Shown: positions 27,636 to 42,100 of the stretch, piece after piece
Numbering within the stretch: the stretch's first letter is position 1
Layout: every line of letters begins with the position of its first letter
Assembly (NCBI RefSeq): GCF_000150275.1
Contig: NW_002060951.1
Location: 797,503 to 861,502, forward strand
From: Trichoplax adhaerens
Taxonomy: Eukaryota > Animalia > Placozoa
DNA: 64,000 bases
Reading direction: 5' to 3'
Position numbers and translations under genes: made by a program
Notes under the pieces: generated by a model
Seen by the model: the letters and a program-made list of their open reading frames with translations, nothing else
Told to the model about the DNA's origin: nothing
Database searches by the model: none

Positions 27636-28619
27636 TCGCCCTTCAAGTCTGTATACAGTACTGTATAGTAAAAAAGAAATTTGTAATTTCTATCGCTATA
27701 CAGTACAGTACAGTACTGAGTCTGATGAATTTCGATGGCACTCTGAAAAGATATAATTGTACTAGTTCAATCAGGTTCCAACGAGATCAAATCTATATGT
27801 ATTTGTAGTCGAATAACTCAGAAATGCCGATTTGGTTCTTATTTCTCGAAATAGTTTATAATTTTCCCGTAAAATTGGTTAAAAGTCTACAATATCTACA
27901 GTACGAAATGAATTTTTTCTACAGTCCAGTCAGTACTGTACTTGTACTGTACAGTACAATGGAAGAAGCACTCTAGTATTTGACCCATTTCGGAACGCTA
28001 CAGTACGGTCAAGTGTAACCTTGGTGAAGTACATTGTACTGTACTACTATAAAATGAACTGACAAGACCCTCCATAAGGGTCTCTACTGTAGTCTACTCA
28101 CAACAGGATTCTATGGACCACCGCAACAAACTATTGTACTGTATAGTAGAGCACGTCCAACACTCCTCCAGTTCCCTAGTCCCTAGCAACGCCATTGTAC
28201 CGTATCGTGGTCAAGGAAGAAGCACCATCAGTCACAAGTAACAAACCTTCTCATACCATAAATAGATTAATGAATTCTATTATCCGATATATGAGTCATG
28301 AACATGTTGAAAAAGACTTTTCAGTCATCAGTCATACTCATCCTTGATCACCCTTGGCTGGGGTGCCATCCACGTCATAACCGCGTAACGCTCGACCGTA
28401 TTTGCCGTATTGTACACCGACATACAGACAAACAGACAGAACATAACAGTCAAACCAATCATCGTTAACATTAGTCCAACGGTGGTGTGATCGGTGTCGG
28501 GCTGCCTATCTGCCTGCCTGCGTTATTGCTTGTGGCTTTTTTTCCGTCCATTCCTAACTGGAATATTATTGCAAGCGTTGGACTAAAAAGAAATCGAGTA
28601 ATCCATAAATGATTTGATT

Positions 28620-31600
28620 ATGTTGTTAGAAAGCGAAATTACGGGATATGATGTTCTAGCGGTGGTGTGTATGGGACTATGGAGCTATTTTATTTCTTTT
28701 CATCTTGTAGCGCTAGGATACGGGTAAGGGCGTTACTTACTTATACTATATCAATCATGTCTACTTTGCGTGCTCTTCCAGTCGATAGTATCGTTGTTGA
28801 AAGACGTTTTTATAGCGGTAGCATAGTCAATCAATGCTTGCTATTTATTCCAATTCCAGTCGGCTCTACTTCTCATTTGGCTATGCCAAGATGTTACTTA
28901 TTGATAGTATACTACGTTAAGGTAGCATATTGTACATGGCAATGGCTTAATTACTCCTTGAATGATGGCGTCTTTACAGTCATGTACTTGAATTCAATAT
29001 GCCACCAGTCGTGCCTAAAATCATACTACTCGATAAATAGTAGTACTACAATCCGATATTTTTGGGGGGCCCCCGCGTCTCTCTCTCTCTCTCACTCCTA
29101 TTTTAGGATCGGATTTTTAACGTAATGTCTCTATTTTTTACCTTCTTTTATCTATTATAGCAAGTACATTTTATACCGTAAGAGTCAATCAGAGCCAGAA
29201 GAATTAGCCGATGTACCGGGAGTATCTATTCTAAAAGTAAGTGGTCAATGATGTGAAAAAAAAAAATGAAGTAAAAGGTATCCTATACAGACGATTGACC
29301 AAGTAATGATGGCCATCCCTCAATTTATGCGTTGATGCGTAAACTTAATCTTGCTATTCACTACCATCGAACTTATTTGGTAACTCGATCATTATAATTA
29401 AATCAGTCACCTTAAATAACTTTAAAATGCCCTTTTTAGACCAGTGGAGTACGGTACCCTACTGTCAACAGTGTACAGTATTGAACAATAGTCATAGTAA
29501 CTGCCCACGAACTAGTAGTATTTTAATACCCATTAGAAAAACGTATTGCTTTGGTATGTTGAGTATTCCCGGTGAAATATCGTTAATACCGACAATCTGC
29601 TTATTTAAATCTCAACTAAAATCTACTTTTGCCCATTTTTTCTACTTCATTACCTTATTTACAGCCTTTAGTTGGTGGAGACGCTAATCTATCGCACAAC
29701 TTGGCCTCTTATTTCGAATTAACGTATAGCAGAGTAAGTCTGGCAATCTTTTTATTAAACTTTGATCTTTTATTGAAGAATTGTCAAGGAAAAAGTAGTA
29801 GGCAAATCAAGTGTTTTCCTTACATTTTGAACGAAGAAGAAAAATAGATATTGTCTATACTACGTTGCTATTTCTTTCAATCCAGAATTGTGATCTTACT
29901 CGGATTGCATGTTTGGACTTTATTGCTACTGTACATGAGAAACACTTCACAATTATATACTAACTAAAAATGCAGTAGACATTTTAAGTTTAATTGTTAC
30001 TGCTTTTCATTTCTCTACCGTCTAATTGATACTTTTTTAAATTGTCAATCTACTAGTACGAACTCTTCTTTTGCATCCAAAATCCTGAAGATCCCGCTAT
30101 TGAAATTGTTAATTTATTAATCAAGCAGTACCCGAACGTCAAAGCCCGTTTATTTATAGGTAACTAACTGTAAATCATGTTTTTTTAGTTAAATTTCAAA
30201 ATTAATTTCAGCCATATTGTTGAATTGAATTTTTACTTGAATACAATCCATGTACCCGCGTGAAAGTGCTACTACGTTGCTATCATTTGCCTAATTGAAA
30301 AGACTCTTAGTGAAATTAAATACTTCATCACAGCAGTCTTGATGGTATACCCGTACAACCAATAACAACTCCTTCGCTCTGTGTCAAGAAAGTAGTGCCG
30401 TTAAAACACGTGTATTCAAAACATAAAACCACTAAAACTACTTACTCCCTATCCTATACTGTAGTTCACAAACTGGTTGATATCTTTTGGAAATGATAAA
30501 AATTAGTACTGATAGTGTGGTATCGTACACTGTACGCCCAAAGATTAGTTTATCTACAGTATCTATAATAGTAGCTGGCCTAATGATCATTTACACCCAG
30601 GGGTAAAAATAATAATCAATCGATTCATGACATTTTGCTAGACTGCCGTAACACACAGTCCTGATAGCTGTTGTCATTGTAAAGTTACTTGTAAACCAAA
30701 TCCAATTTTACATTGTACAGTATGTTGCCAAGAACGGTAAATCTCGTAGACCTAATGAATCTCATATCTAGCAAAATTGATTGGCCTCGCTGCAAACATA
30801 ATAAGATCAGCATACTGTACTGTAGTAATCTTTAGATTTTTACTCATTCATTTTGTCATTATCATTTTTATCTATTGTACAGCATACAATCTACTGTATA
30901 TTTGGTTTGTAGCATTATAAGTACTTTATTGTGGTCAATAGTACATACGTAAATCGTGAGAAATGAAAACCATGGAGTATAGTCTTTCACAAATAATGCT
31001 GATTACCATGTTATCTACAGTACAATATATTAATAAATAACAAATCACTGCTGCATAAAGTGACTAAGACCATGATAACTTTAGTAAAGTACTATAGCCT
31101 GAAAATTATTGCGTTTTCCCATAATTTCCTCTAGATTAATCATGATCCTTCTTAATAGTCATATCACTATTGATTACAAATATAATTATACCATACGTCG
31201 ACCGTAGGTTTATCACTAACTTTCATACAAGGGTATATCAGGTGGATGTACTGCCCCGCTAGTAAGGAAGAATTGATTGTAATTAAAGATATCAAAATTA
31301 AGTTTCCCCAAGGCATTTGCTTAGTAGGTCTAATGAATATACTTTACTATAAATAATTGTAAATAAATACTACTGTACAGTATAGTAAAAAACAATCGAA
31401 TGAAGTTAGCCTAGTAACTACTCTAAGAATACAAGTATTGAACATAGCGTATAATACCCAAGATATAATAGCAATTCCGTGACAAAACTGAATAGCATTT
31501 TATGATAATATAACTATGATAGGTTATGACAATAAAGTTTTCGATGATACGAAAGTATGCTCTCTCAATCTATGGATTAATAACGGCTTACTCTATGCTT

Positions 31601-33331
31601 GTCCAATAATTATAATATACATAAGATTATTAAGATCAACATATTCAAATAGTACAAGTCTTACTTTGTGTGTCTATCTTCTTCTAATGCTTTTTACGCT
31701 AAATACGTATCTCTAATAACGATATGTTTCATTTAGAAACCGTTGATACATGTCTCAATCCTAAAATTAACAACCTTCTCCCCGGATATGCAGCCGCACA
31801 ATATGACTTACTTTGGATTACAGACAGCAACATCAAAGGTACAGCTAATAATAATGATTTCATTGTTATTTCTTTGTTTGCCAGTTCTGATGCAATTCCA
31901 TTGACTTAGCTATCCTTTGTATAAATTTTTACCTTTAAAATATCATGAAAATGTTTTCCTGATTCATATGCAATGAATTGGGATATTTGATTACTATTTT
32001 AGTTTATTACTAGTAGTAACAATGATACATTATGAAATAACGTGACTGTTGATACTTGTCTATATGAATTTCCAAGTCTACTTTTTCAATTTTATGCTAT
32101 TCTATGTGTACCTTTTTAATACATTATCTTTCGTAGTAGCTTGCTTGTTTGACGATTGTAAAACCGTACTATAATTTTAATTGGAAATCTAACTCAAAAT
32201 TTGCTTTGTTCGTGACAGTGACGCCAAATACATTAACAGATATGGTTGCGAGAATGACCGAAAATGTCGGCATGGTCCATCAGTTGCCCTATACGACACA
32301 CATCGATTCGTTAGCAGGATATTTAGATAAAATCCATTTTGGTGGTGCTCATGGACGTGTTTACTTAACCACGAATGCATGTGGAGTTAATTGCGCCAGC
32401 GGAATGTCATGTTTATTCCGTAAGCATCTTTTGGATGAAGTGGGTAAGTGAAATCGAGACTGTTTATCTAACTTACCTAAGGACCATTCAATTAAGTTTA
32501 CATGAAATTTAATTTTAGGTGGCTTAGAAACTTTTGGTTGTTATATTGCTGAAGATTTTTTTCTAGCCAAGTCAATCTATGACAGGTCTAAATAAGATTC
32601 AGCCCTTTGTAGCGTTTATAAGAATGGATTATTGTACTTAACTGACTTACTTTGCTTTACCAATGCCTTTTTATAGAGGTTGGAAATTTGCTTTAGGGAA
32701 TGAACCTTGCTTCCAAAATCCGGGAAAAAGATCAGTGCAAAATTACGTCGCTCGGATGATTAGGTAATCATAAAACATCGATGGATTTTATCAATACGCA
32801 TATTCTTTACATTCGATCTAAAAATTAGTTGTAATTAACTTTAAGCGGAATTATGACCTTTTCTTAAATTCTTTGTATTAGATGGTCTCGTCTACGTATG
32901 GCTATGATTCCTTTAATTTCAGCATTCGAACCAATATCAGAGTGCATCGTGTGCGGACTGATAGGAGCTTATGGCATAAATCACTTTGCAAAAATTGGAT
33001 TTGGTACCATTTATGGTATTCATATCGGCTGTTGGTTCTTATTTGATATGATGCTACTGAAATTAATTCAGGTATTTTAATTAAAAATGGCAAAAGCATA
33101 GAGTGAACTACTAGATTCAATTTCACTTATACAATAATAAGAATTCATATTATTTATTTTTAATAGCCAACTCCAATAGAAGTATCCTGGAAAATTCCTT
33201 TGATGTGGATATTTAGAGAGTGCATATCCATCTGGATTTATATTAGAGCCCTCTCTAGTCGTACTGTTATCTGGAAGAATCAGAAATATCGAGTTCTTTA
33301 TGGTGGAAAAGCTGAACCATACGTAAAATAG
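28620..33331 (+). CDS. UGCG: Ceramide glucosyltransferase (GT21), 10 exons: 28620-28723, 29161-29236, ~29664-29733, 30057-30159, 31737-31838, 32219-32443, 32519-32585, 32677-32763, 32882-33071, ~33168-33331
   Basis: N-terminal TM helix, [74 protein letters not shown] ((Q/R)xxRW motif), EPISEC. Confidence 0.95.
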
Positions 33332-36139
33332 CATAATACCCATAATATAGAGTTTTATTTTCAAATGAAATAATTTTAGTTAACTAAGCTTCACATTTAT
33401 GCTCTATAGATGTAACATAATTGAAAATTTTTATTCACCGGAAAATGTAACTACCGGTGATAATGCAATAAATGCTTTTCATCATCTATTATTATGATAG
33501 ATATATAGATGCAGATTAGACTATTTTAGCTATTTAATACTAGTAACAATTACTAAACATATTTGCCGGCTTGCTCATTATCTTTAATATAAATTCTATA
33601 ACTTAATTCAATATTATTGTAAATGATGACCATGATTTCGGTTACCGCAAAGAAACTTAACTTAGCTACTGTTGCTTTTTGAATATCTAAATAATGTCGG
33701 TTAGATTTCAAATTTTGATATGTTTGTACCTAATGTTTGAATTCGCCAGGGTTTTATTATCATACATATTTAACTTCAAATTCAGGCAAATTTTGGAAAG
33801 TAGAACATTATCTTATCTTTTTACTGTATTACCGTTGACATTAGTTAGTAGACAATCATGACTTGCTTATCGACTTTGTTGCATAACTCTAAGTTTGGCT
33901 TTGTTTAGTGTAAATACTGTATTGATGTTATTGCAGCAGTAATCATTGATGAAATCGTTGTTTTCTTAGTAGATTATGAATTTTGAATTGACAACTATCG
34001 TAATCGTATCAATTTGATATATGACCTTGTATTTGGCATGTATACTGTATGTGCATTATATAATCTGTGTATATGAAAAATTCCTCAAACAACTTTTAGG
34101 ACTTTGTAACAAATTGGACAGATTAAACCATGTAATAAAAACTTAGCATCTTTTAATTTTGGTCAGCCATTTCTTGGTAGTACAGTAGAGCTACTTTAAC
34201 ACCTAAAAACACCAATCTACTGTATTACCTAGTAGAGCATACCTATTGCTTATTTAGCTGCATTCTGCTCATATCTCCCTGAAATCAAACAATTTAAGGT
34301 TGGAATTAGCGCTCAAATTGAAATATTCTTAGATTTAAATTCAGAGAAAGGAATTTTCACACATTAAAAAATATAGAATAAAGTAAAATGGATATGGTCG
34401 AATGCAGAGTCTACATATTTTTTTATTTTTATCCCTGCTACATTGCCTATTAATTGCAAGATACACTAATATTATAAAATGGTTACCCCTTGGCAAGGGA
34501 TACTAGGTGTAATCTCGTGGTGCATGCTCTTGGACAATACAGTAGGATTTGACAAACGATTAACCACGGATAATGATTTCTGACGTTTATTCAGCAACAC
34601 GGTTGATGTAAACAGTGATTTAGTAGTTACTCCTTGTAGTTAATTTCTCTTTCAGTACACTTCATGTCGTATTGGTTAATTCGCATTCTATTTTTACCCA
34701 CTTTTCAGTGCAATATATTATAATTGAAAGTATTGATGCTGTGATTACTTTTACCTATATTCAAAATGGCTAGGATAGGAAAAGCGATGATTGTATGATT
34801 GGTACAATATTGAGCTATTTTAGTGAATTAATTAGTTATACGTACCTGTATGCATTAAGATTACAAAAGTTTTTTAAGTCCATGGAATTTGAAATTTACT
34901 GTCAAAAGCTATATATAGTACTTCTAAATAAATCTGCTCGATTTTAAGTGCAGTAGAATAAATGCTCTTTGCTGTCATAATTTGATCAGCAGTATATAAA
35001 ATTGATTCAATTCGATGTGATACAACAGTAGTTCATAGTAAGTTATAATTTTTAACGCTCCTAGATATAAAAACTGTCTTTATTTCAATTATTTCAAGAT
35101 GATACCAGTACCATATCGCAACTGAACAAAATATAATTACTTGTAGCCGATAAAATTCACGATATCACACTATTAGGATGCTTATATCTCGAGTTGTGAC
35201 TTAGGCTCTGCAACTAAATTTATCCATTTCATGTAAATACGAATTATCACCACACTTCATCACTATTAGCCTGAATTTGAACTTTTAAGAGTATAAGTAA
35301 AATGGTATCTTAAGGTATCATAACAACTGTGCAGTAAGTCGTGCTTTATTGCTCTCCTACAAATATAGTTTTAGAGTTAATAAATTACGAGTATATCTAA
35401 AATATAGCTGATGATAATACAACAACTCCTTGTAGATACATTGTGTCTATTGGTATATCCCTCCATGGATTCATAATACAATTGATCAATTTAAAGGAAA
35501 AAGTACAATCTTATTGCTAGGGATATATGAAAAAGGTAGTCAAAGTGATAATTCTCTTGAATCCAATTTGATGCATGAAAATTATAAGATTCCACAACTT
35601 ACAGTACTACGTTTATTTTATGTATACGTATTCTAGTATCATAGATCCAAAAATTAATATTTCTACGCAGATACTGTATCTATTGTGAACTTTCTTTAGC
35701 CGAACGTCTATGTCAATAAAATTATTATACACCCATTATCCAACAAGATCTTTTATTCGAATTTTGTCGTAACTATGTATCATCTATTTATCAGTATTTA
35801 TCTATTCTTGTAAAGTCACTGGTGAAATAACTTCGTGAACAGGCAATAGCTATTTTTAGAAAATGTTTCACGATTAAAAATTGCGCCTAATATGTATACT
35901 GAATTAAAATATTGTCATTTTAAAATCTTCATTATACAGTCGCCTAATTATAACGCACGCATTAAGCAGCCTGAGAATTCTAATAATCGTATATTATCTA
36001 ACCGAAGTCAAGACATTATTGAAAGTAGTGGTCATACTTCTCCTGTATGTCAATAACAATACCTTCGAACTTTTATAGAGTATACCGGTAACTAATAGAA
36101 ATTATTTTTTTATTATAGACTGATCCATGTCAAGATTTA

Positions 36140-39100
36140 CTATTTAGCCCACATTTCGGATGCTACAGGGACTTCAATTTCATCTTGCACTTGAGAAGGT
36201 AAGTTAGGAAAAAAATTGATACCAGATAACGCCTCGATATCACGTATACTTGTGGTATGATCTAATAGGTAAACGTCGGTCAACTGCAGCAATAAAAAAA
36301 TCAAAAAGGAGTATTATATAATTAGTCCTCATTCCTATTAACATTATATAACGTCTAGTTTATCAGTTTTAGTAAGTTTACCTGTCCTTGTGGTTTACGT
36401 GAGTTGAGATGCGGTAAGACAAACGATATGACATCAATTTTACCCTGACATGGGTCTATTGCCTTTTCATTTTTACTATCTGCCATTTTCTTTGTAGTTT
36501 GACATTTAACAAATATCTTATAAAAATGCGTGGGAAGGACAACGGTATCGATTGCACCATGAATCCAACTAATTTTGTTAATAAGAGTAGACTATTAATA
36601 TACACATAAATTAAAAATCTGATTCATAAAGTTTTATTTCTAAGTATTAATTTTTAATTTTTCGCCGAGCTTACTAGGAAGGATCGCTCCAAATTTTATT
36701 CCGATCACCAAGAACTAATGAACCTGAAAGGACATAAACACTGCCATATTTTTTAGCCCAAGTTCTCGTTAAGCTTTCGAGGTTAAGCCAAGGGCCTAGT
36801 ATAAAGCAGTTATTATTATTAATTAACAAACTACAATTGTTATTGTTAGATTTAAGCATTGATACCGACATGCTACGATGTATCGAGATGCTAACCTGCG
36901 TTAAAATTATGAATTTGCGGGGCTATATTGGATAGCAAGTAGGTATTAGCTTGCGCCTCTGCATCAAAGTTCATGTCACCTTTTTACAAGTCATGAGAGA
37001 TTTATTAGTTGCCGATATATATTTGTATAAAAATTATCTGCGACTAACATAGCAAACACTAAATTTATTGCTGTAAGCTTAAACATTCAAGATTGATATG
37101 CTAAATCAAAGTTATTGCCTTGCACCACAGCAAATTACACATGATTCAATGATTTTCATACTACGACAGTTTGATGCAGTAAAGCTACGGGTACTCTTTG
37201 CTCGTTTTATATTCGAATAAAGTAATAGCAATAATAATATAAATTCAGAATAGGATAATTTTTCTTTAAATTACCCTGGATCTAAAGAGCATGGCAGCTG
37301 GAACTGCTTATTAGAGTAAAGTTACGGTATACCAGTTTTTAGGTATTAATATTTACAGGTTAAATATTTAAATATACGGATAGTGTACGGTACTTTCAAA
37401 TATGTACGATGCTTATGCATGCAAGTTAAAATTATCTTCAAATATACTCTATCGAATGATATCTGCCGGTATTTAAAATAATCTAAGATCATTAGTATTC
37501 TATCTTTATCCAATACTGCTTTTATGTACCATACCGTTTGGAGCCATATGGCCACGATCGTAGCCAGATCTGGAGTAGCTGGTACAATTAGAAGCTTGAG
37601 ATGCAATGGACAATCGAAGATCACGTCGGAAACAATCGTTTCTCTTTAGGAACCCTGAAGCTTCCTAGTGGCATAAATAATTTCATTGACAACAATACTT
37701 TAACATGTAAGAACTCCGCTTAAGCTAATACGTCAAGAAGGTCTAAATTAATTCTGTACCTTAGTTGTTATTTCATAGCCTACAAACCAAGGTACTCGAT
37801 AGGTGTTGCTATAACTGGTGATGTAATGATTTTGATATAGGATGCAAGTATCAAGAGATACTCGATATTCTGGAATACCCCATGGGAAATTCATCATTTG
37901 AGCAGCAGACTCTAAATGAAAATCAAAATTCAACGTTATTAATAGCAACGATAAATTGGATTAATTAAACTTAAATTATCATGATCTATTTTAAGATGAT
38001 TCTGTTACTGTATAAGAAGACAATTAAATGCTTATTTATATGAAACCTTCTTGCGTAGTCATATTGAGCGCTTGATTGTACAGAGTCAAATTCGCTTTGA
38101 CAACACTCTACAAGATTTAATAAATAATTTTACATAAAAAAATTTTCAAGTATTGAAAAAATTAAACTTTTCAGTTCGATAACAAAAATTGGACAGATAA
38201 TATTATCGCTCTTGATAAAAATTTAATATTCTATTTTTAAAATTTTTTTATTGAATATCAATTTAGGCTTTAGCAAATGGCAGGTGTTGCTTATTTGTAT
38301 AAATTCTATAGCTTTTGCAGAGCGTTATTCCCTTCACTATATCTATCATTAACATAATGCTAAATATAATGCACGGAACTTACGCGGCAATAGGGACAAA
38401 CACAGCTCGAACATCGAGCTCTATCTTCAAATAAAGCAGTATCTGCCGGTATACGGCAAACTGGACCTGGCTGACTCGGAGCTTGCGGGGTAGCAACGCC
38501 TGGATTCCTTAACATGGCTCTCAGTGATCCTAAGACGCCATTATTCTTGGCTGGCTTAATGCCTAGTAACTCTATATATTAAAGATTTTATATTTAATTA
38601 TCAGCAGGTACACATCAATTGCTATCCTTTTCTTTGCTGTAAAATAGATTAGAAACAACGTACTTGTCATGACATTATATAGCTGAATATTTAAAAATGG
38701 TTTAATCTTCTTAGAGCTGTGAAATCCAGGGCCTGAAGCCATAAAAATGGTCCTCATATCCTTTTCCAAATTATCCCAACCACTTGTAGCTAACCCACAC
38801 GCTGTATAATTGGCGTCGTATCTAAGACATAAATTATATAAAATTAAAATACTACTCACTTGTACCTACGAGTGAAGCTATATTGCCATTTTAATATATT
38901 TACTTACATACGTCTAACCAAGTAACCATCCACCATTACGACTATTACATCAGGGATACGCCTAATAAAAAGTAGATTTTAAATGATCAAGTTAAGATTA
39001 AAAAATAGAATAGTTAAAATAAAATTAAGATCTTATATTCCTTTATGATAAATTAGTAGCTAAATCATTAATGCTCAAATTACTTTGAAAATTAAATTCT

Positions 39101-42100
39101 TCAGGTATAAACTGTAATAGTAAATGGTATCGAAATTGCGATCTAAATCATCTATAGGCGTCTGTCGTTATTTCACTATATCTTGTGTATTTGTTTTACA
39201 TTAGCTTTAATTATAAATTATAGTCCACCGTGTACTTATTATTTTATAGTAATTATTTTTGTAACACTAAGCTGATATGACTTTGACCTGCACCCAGTAA
39301 CTACTAGCGTGAATATCGTATTTTGTATCCTTATGAATTTATCTGACGTTTACATAATCTCCTAATTAATGTATCCTACAGCTTAGCTAGAAATGACTCT
39401 CAGCGCTTGATATTATCTTAATTAATACGAGTACCGTATCATTTATTGAATAACTGATATATAATAGCTATAGCTAATCGTCATTTCAAATGAGTTAACT
39501 CAATGAGCTAAATTTAACTAGAATATCCCGGACACAGTATCCAGCATTACTAATAGCCCCTTAGCGATGTCCACTGTAGGTTGAGTCTTAGTAGTTACGG
39601 ATAGCCTGCTATCCAACTAATATGTGTAGCTAATTTTGAAAATACCTACACTGATATCTTACACTGATATCCCACTATAACTATAACCTTAATTAGGTCG
39701 CTGATCTGATAAGGATCACTAAGTATAAGTACTGTGCCGCTAGTCAAAAATTTCGAATTTGTAGCTACATGAATCAAGCTGAACTTAGTGACTTAGAACA
39801 ATCCTTCGTTAATATACTAAAGTACCGGTACCTATATAATGGGACAGGACTGGAACCATTATATACTTCAACCGTTATAACCATTACATAAAATGGGAGG
39901 TTAAGATCATTTTACAACTTGTTGATCTTGTATTTTAAGACGTCATTCATATTTGTGGACAACACCCTGTCAAACATTAGCCAAAGATCGATACAAAATC
40001 AGAATAGTATGATGATATCTCGGATTGTTATGATGATTAACCCTTTGTTTGCTTGATTTGTTTATTTTCTGCTCAAATTTAATTACTAAAACGATTCAAT
40101 ATTAATATACGTCTATACATAGTTTGTATGGTGTAATCGGTGGTATACTGCTAAAATAATTGGGCTTATAAAATGATTTTAAGAGTAGACACAAATTCTG
40201 CAACAGTCAGTTAACATATTTTTAAAAACGTTTATATTTCGGACCGTAACTTAAATGGAAATTTATCGGCAGAACAGGCTCCGCTATTTAATCAACACCT
40301 TACGTAACGATTGAAGCGAAGACGTTATAAAGTTTTAGTCTATGATCAGGGTCTATAAATATTTGAGTTAAAGGCATACAAGCGTAGCATAGTACGATGT
40401 TGGTTAGCACAGTACTTCTAATCTAGATCCATAGCATTACTGCTTATTGCGCCCCCGACTATGTAATAAATAATTATAATGATACTGTAGATACATTCCA
40501 TCATGCCATATATCTATATCGCCTTAGGGATATATGTGCAAATTTACTATAAACTTATGTGAAGATATCTAAAATAATGTGAGCTGGCAGATTTTAAGAA
40601 ATTACTAGAATTGATTTTCTTCACACGAGTATTTAATTACTACCATATATATTAGTACATTTAGGAAAATCTTCGATATGGATGATTAGAGTCCTAACTT
40701 ATCGATTATAACTATACAGTAAACTTAGCTCCAATTTAGACTGTCAAGTTACTCTGGTACGGTATCTAACCTATGTGTATATCTGATATTCGAAATGTTA
40801 CTCTTAGGCTTAGAATAAGCTCTAAGTTGATTACAAGTTGAAAGCTCTAGTCAAGTGAAAATTTGCTTAAATATTGTTTATATTGCATTATAATAAAATG
40901 AAAGAGTGGAAATCTTAATGGATTTTAACATTAAATGTAGAGAGCAAAGTATCATGGCGTGAACCTTTATCAAATGTAATCAATACCATTTAAGTGTGTA
41001 CTGTATCTCTATAATTAGGAGTATGGAACTTCATAACTATAAAAGTGCCGAGATATGCAATTTGTAATAATACAAAACTGAATCACTTTGTTTAGACATG
41101 AATACTTCAAATCCATAAATTGGATAAAATTGTTCAATCTTTATGCAATCAATATCTTAGTATCTCTGCATTAACCGGACTTACGTGTTATTGCGATAAT
41201 GGAAACGAAACGGCAAGTCTTCTTTCTTGAATACAGTAAACTTACTACTTCTACCCTGAATATGATCAAAGTTATCAGTTAAAATTGACAATGGATGTCG
41301 TGAGAATATCATAAATTATTCAATTTACTTTAATCTTTGAAACTACTTCCGTAGCATTTCCTATAAGAAGATAACAGTATTATCAGAAAATGCTACAAGT
41401 ATAAAAAATTTTAGAAACGAAGTCAATGAACCAATTTCTGATGAGCCCTTACCTCCATTAACGAGGATACCTCCGAATGCTCCTTGATTGACGACTTGAT
41501 TTTTATCAACATCAATATACTAATGAAATTATAGCATTATAAATTCAACATCAATCAAAGATTATAGTATACTAATTTATGATATAATAAATTATTATTA
41601 CCGTATTTAAATATCTTATTTTGGAACAAGATGGTTGTTTCATTCCTGGTAAGCAAAGGTAAAGTAATAGTTTATAAGTAGTCCAAACCAGAATAACAAC
41701 GCCACTTAAGATACAATCATGCGTTATAAACCTTACCATGATCAGAAGTAATGATGACATTTACACAATGTTCAGCATTGCGTTGTTTTAATCCTTGGGT
41801 AATGGCACCAATTGCATTATCAATGTTCTTTATTTCTTGATTTACCTATTAACATTTTTTTATTAGTCATAACATAGTTAGCAAATATTCAAGTAGCGCA
41901 GTTGCAAGTGTCAATATATCTCAAGGATAGTATAGCCTGTAAAGATTTAGTAGATTCGCAGTGATTGTATGCGTAAATCAAGCTACTAATAGCTTTCCAA
42001 CTTGAACTCTTAACAGTCTAAAAATTTAAATTTTATGCAGGAAAGAACAATCCAATTAATGTGAGTCCTAATACTCGTATCCGTCTAATATTACCTCATT

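Noticed and set aside
27720-27760. Possible hammerhead ribozyme (ctgatga...gaaa)
   Set aside because: Flanking stems I-III cannot be paired.
28667-29125. 152-aa + strand ORF
   Set aside because: Out of frame with UGCG exon 1 and runs through intron 1; no recognisable domain.
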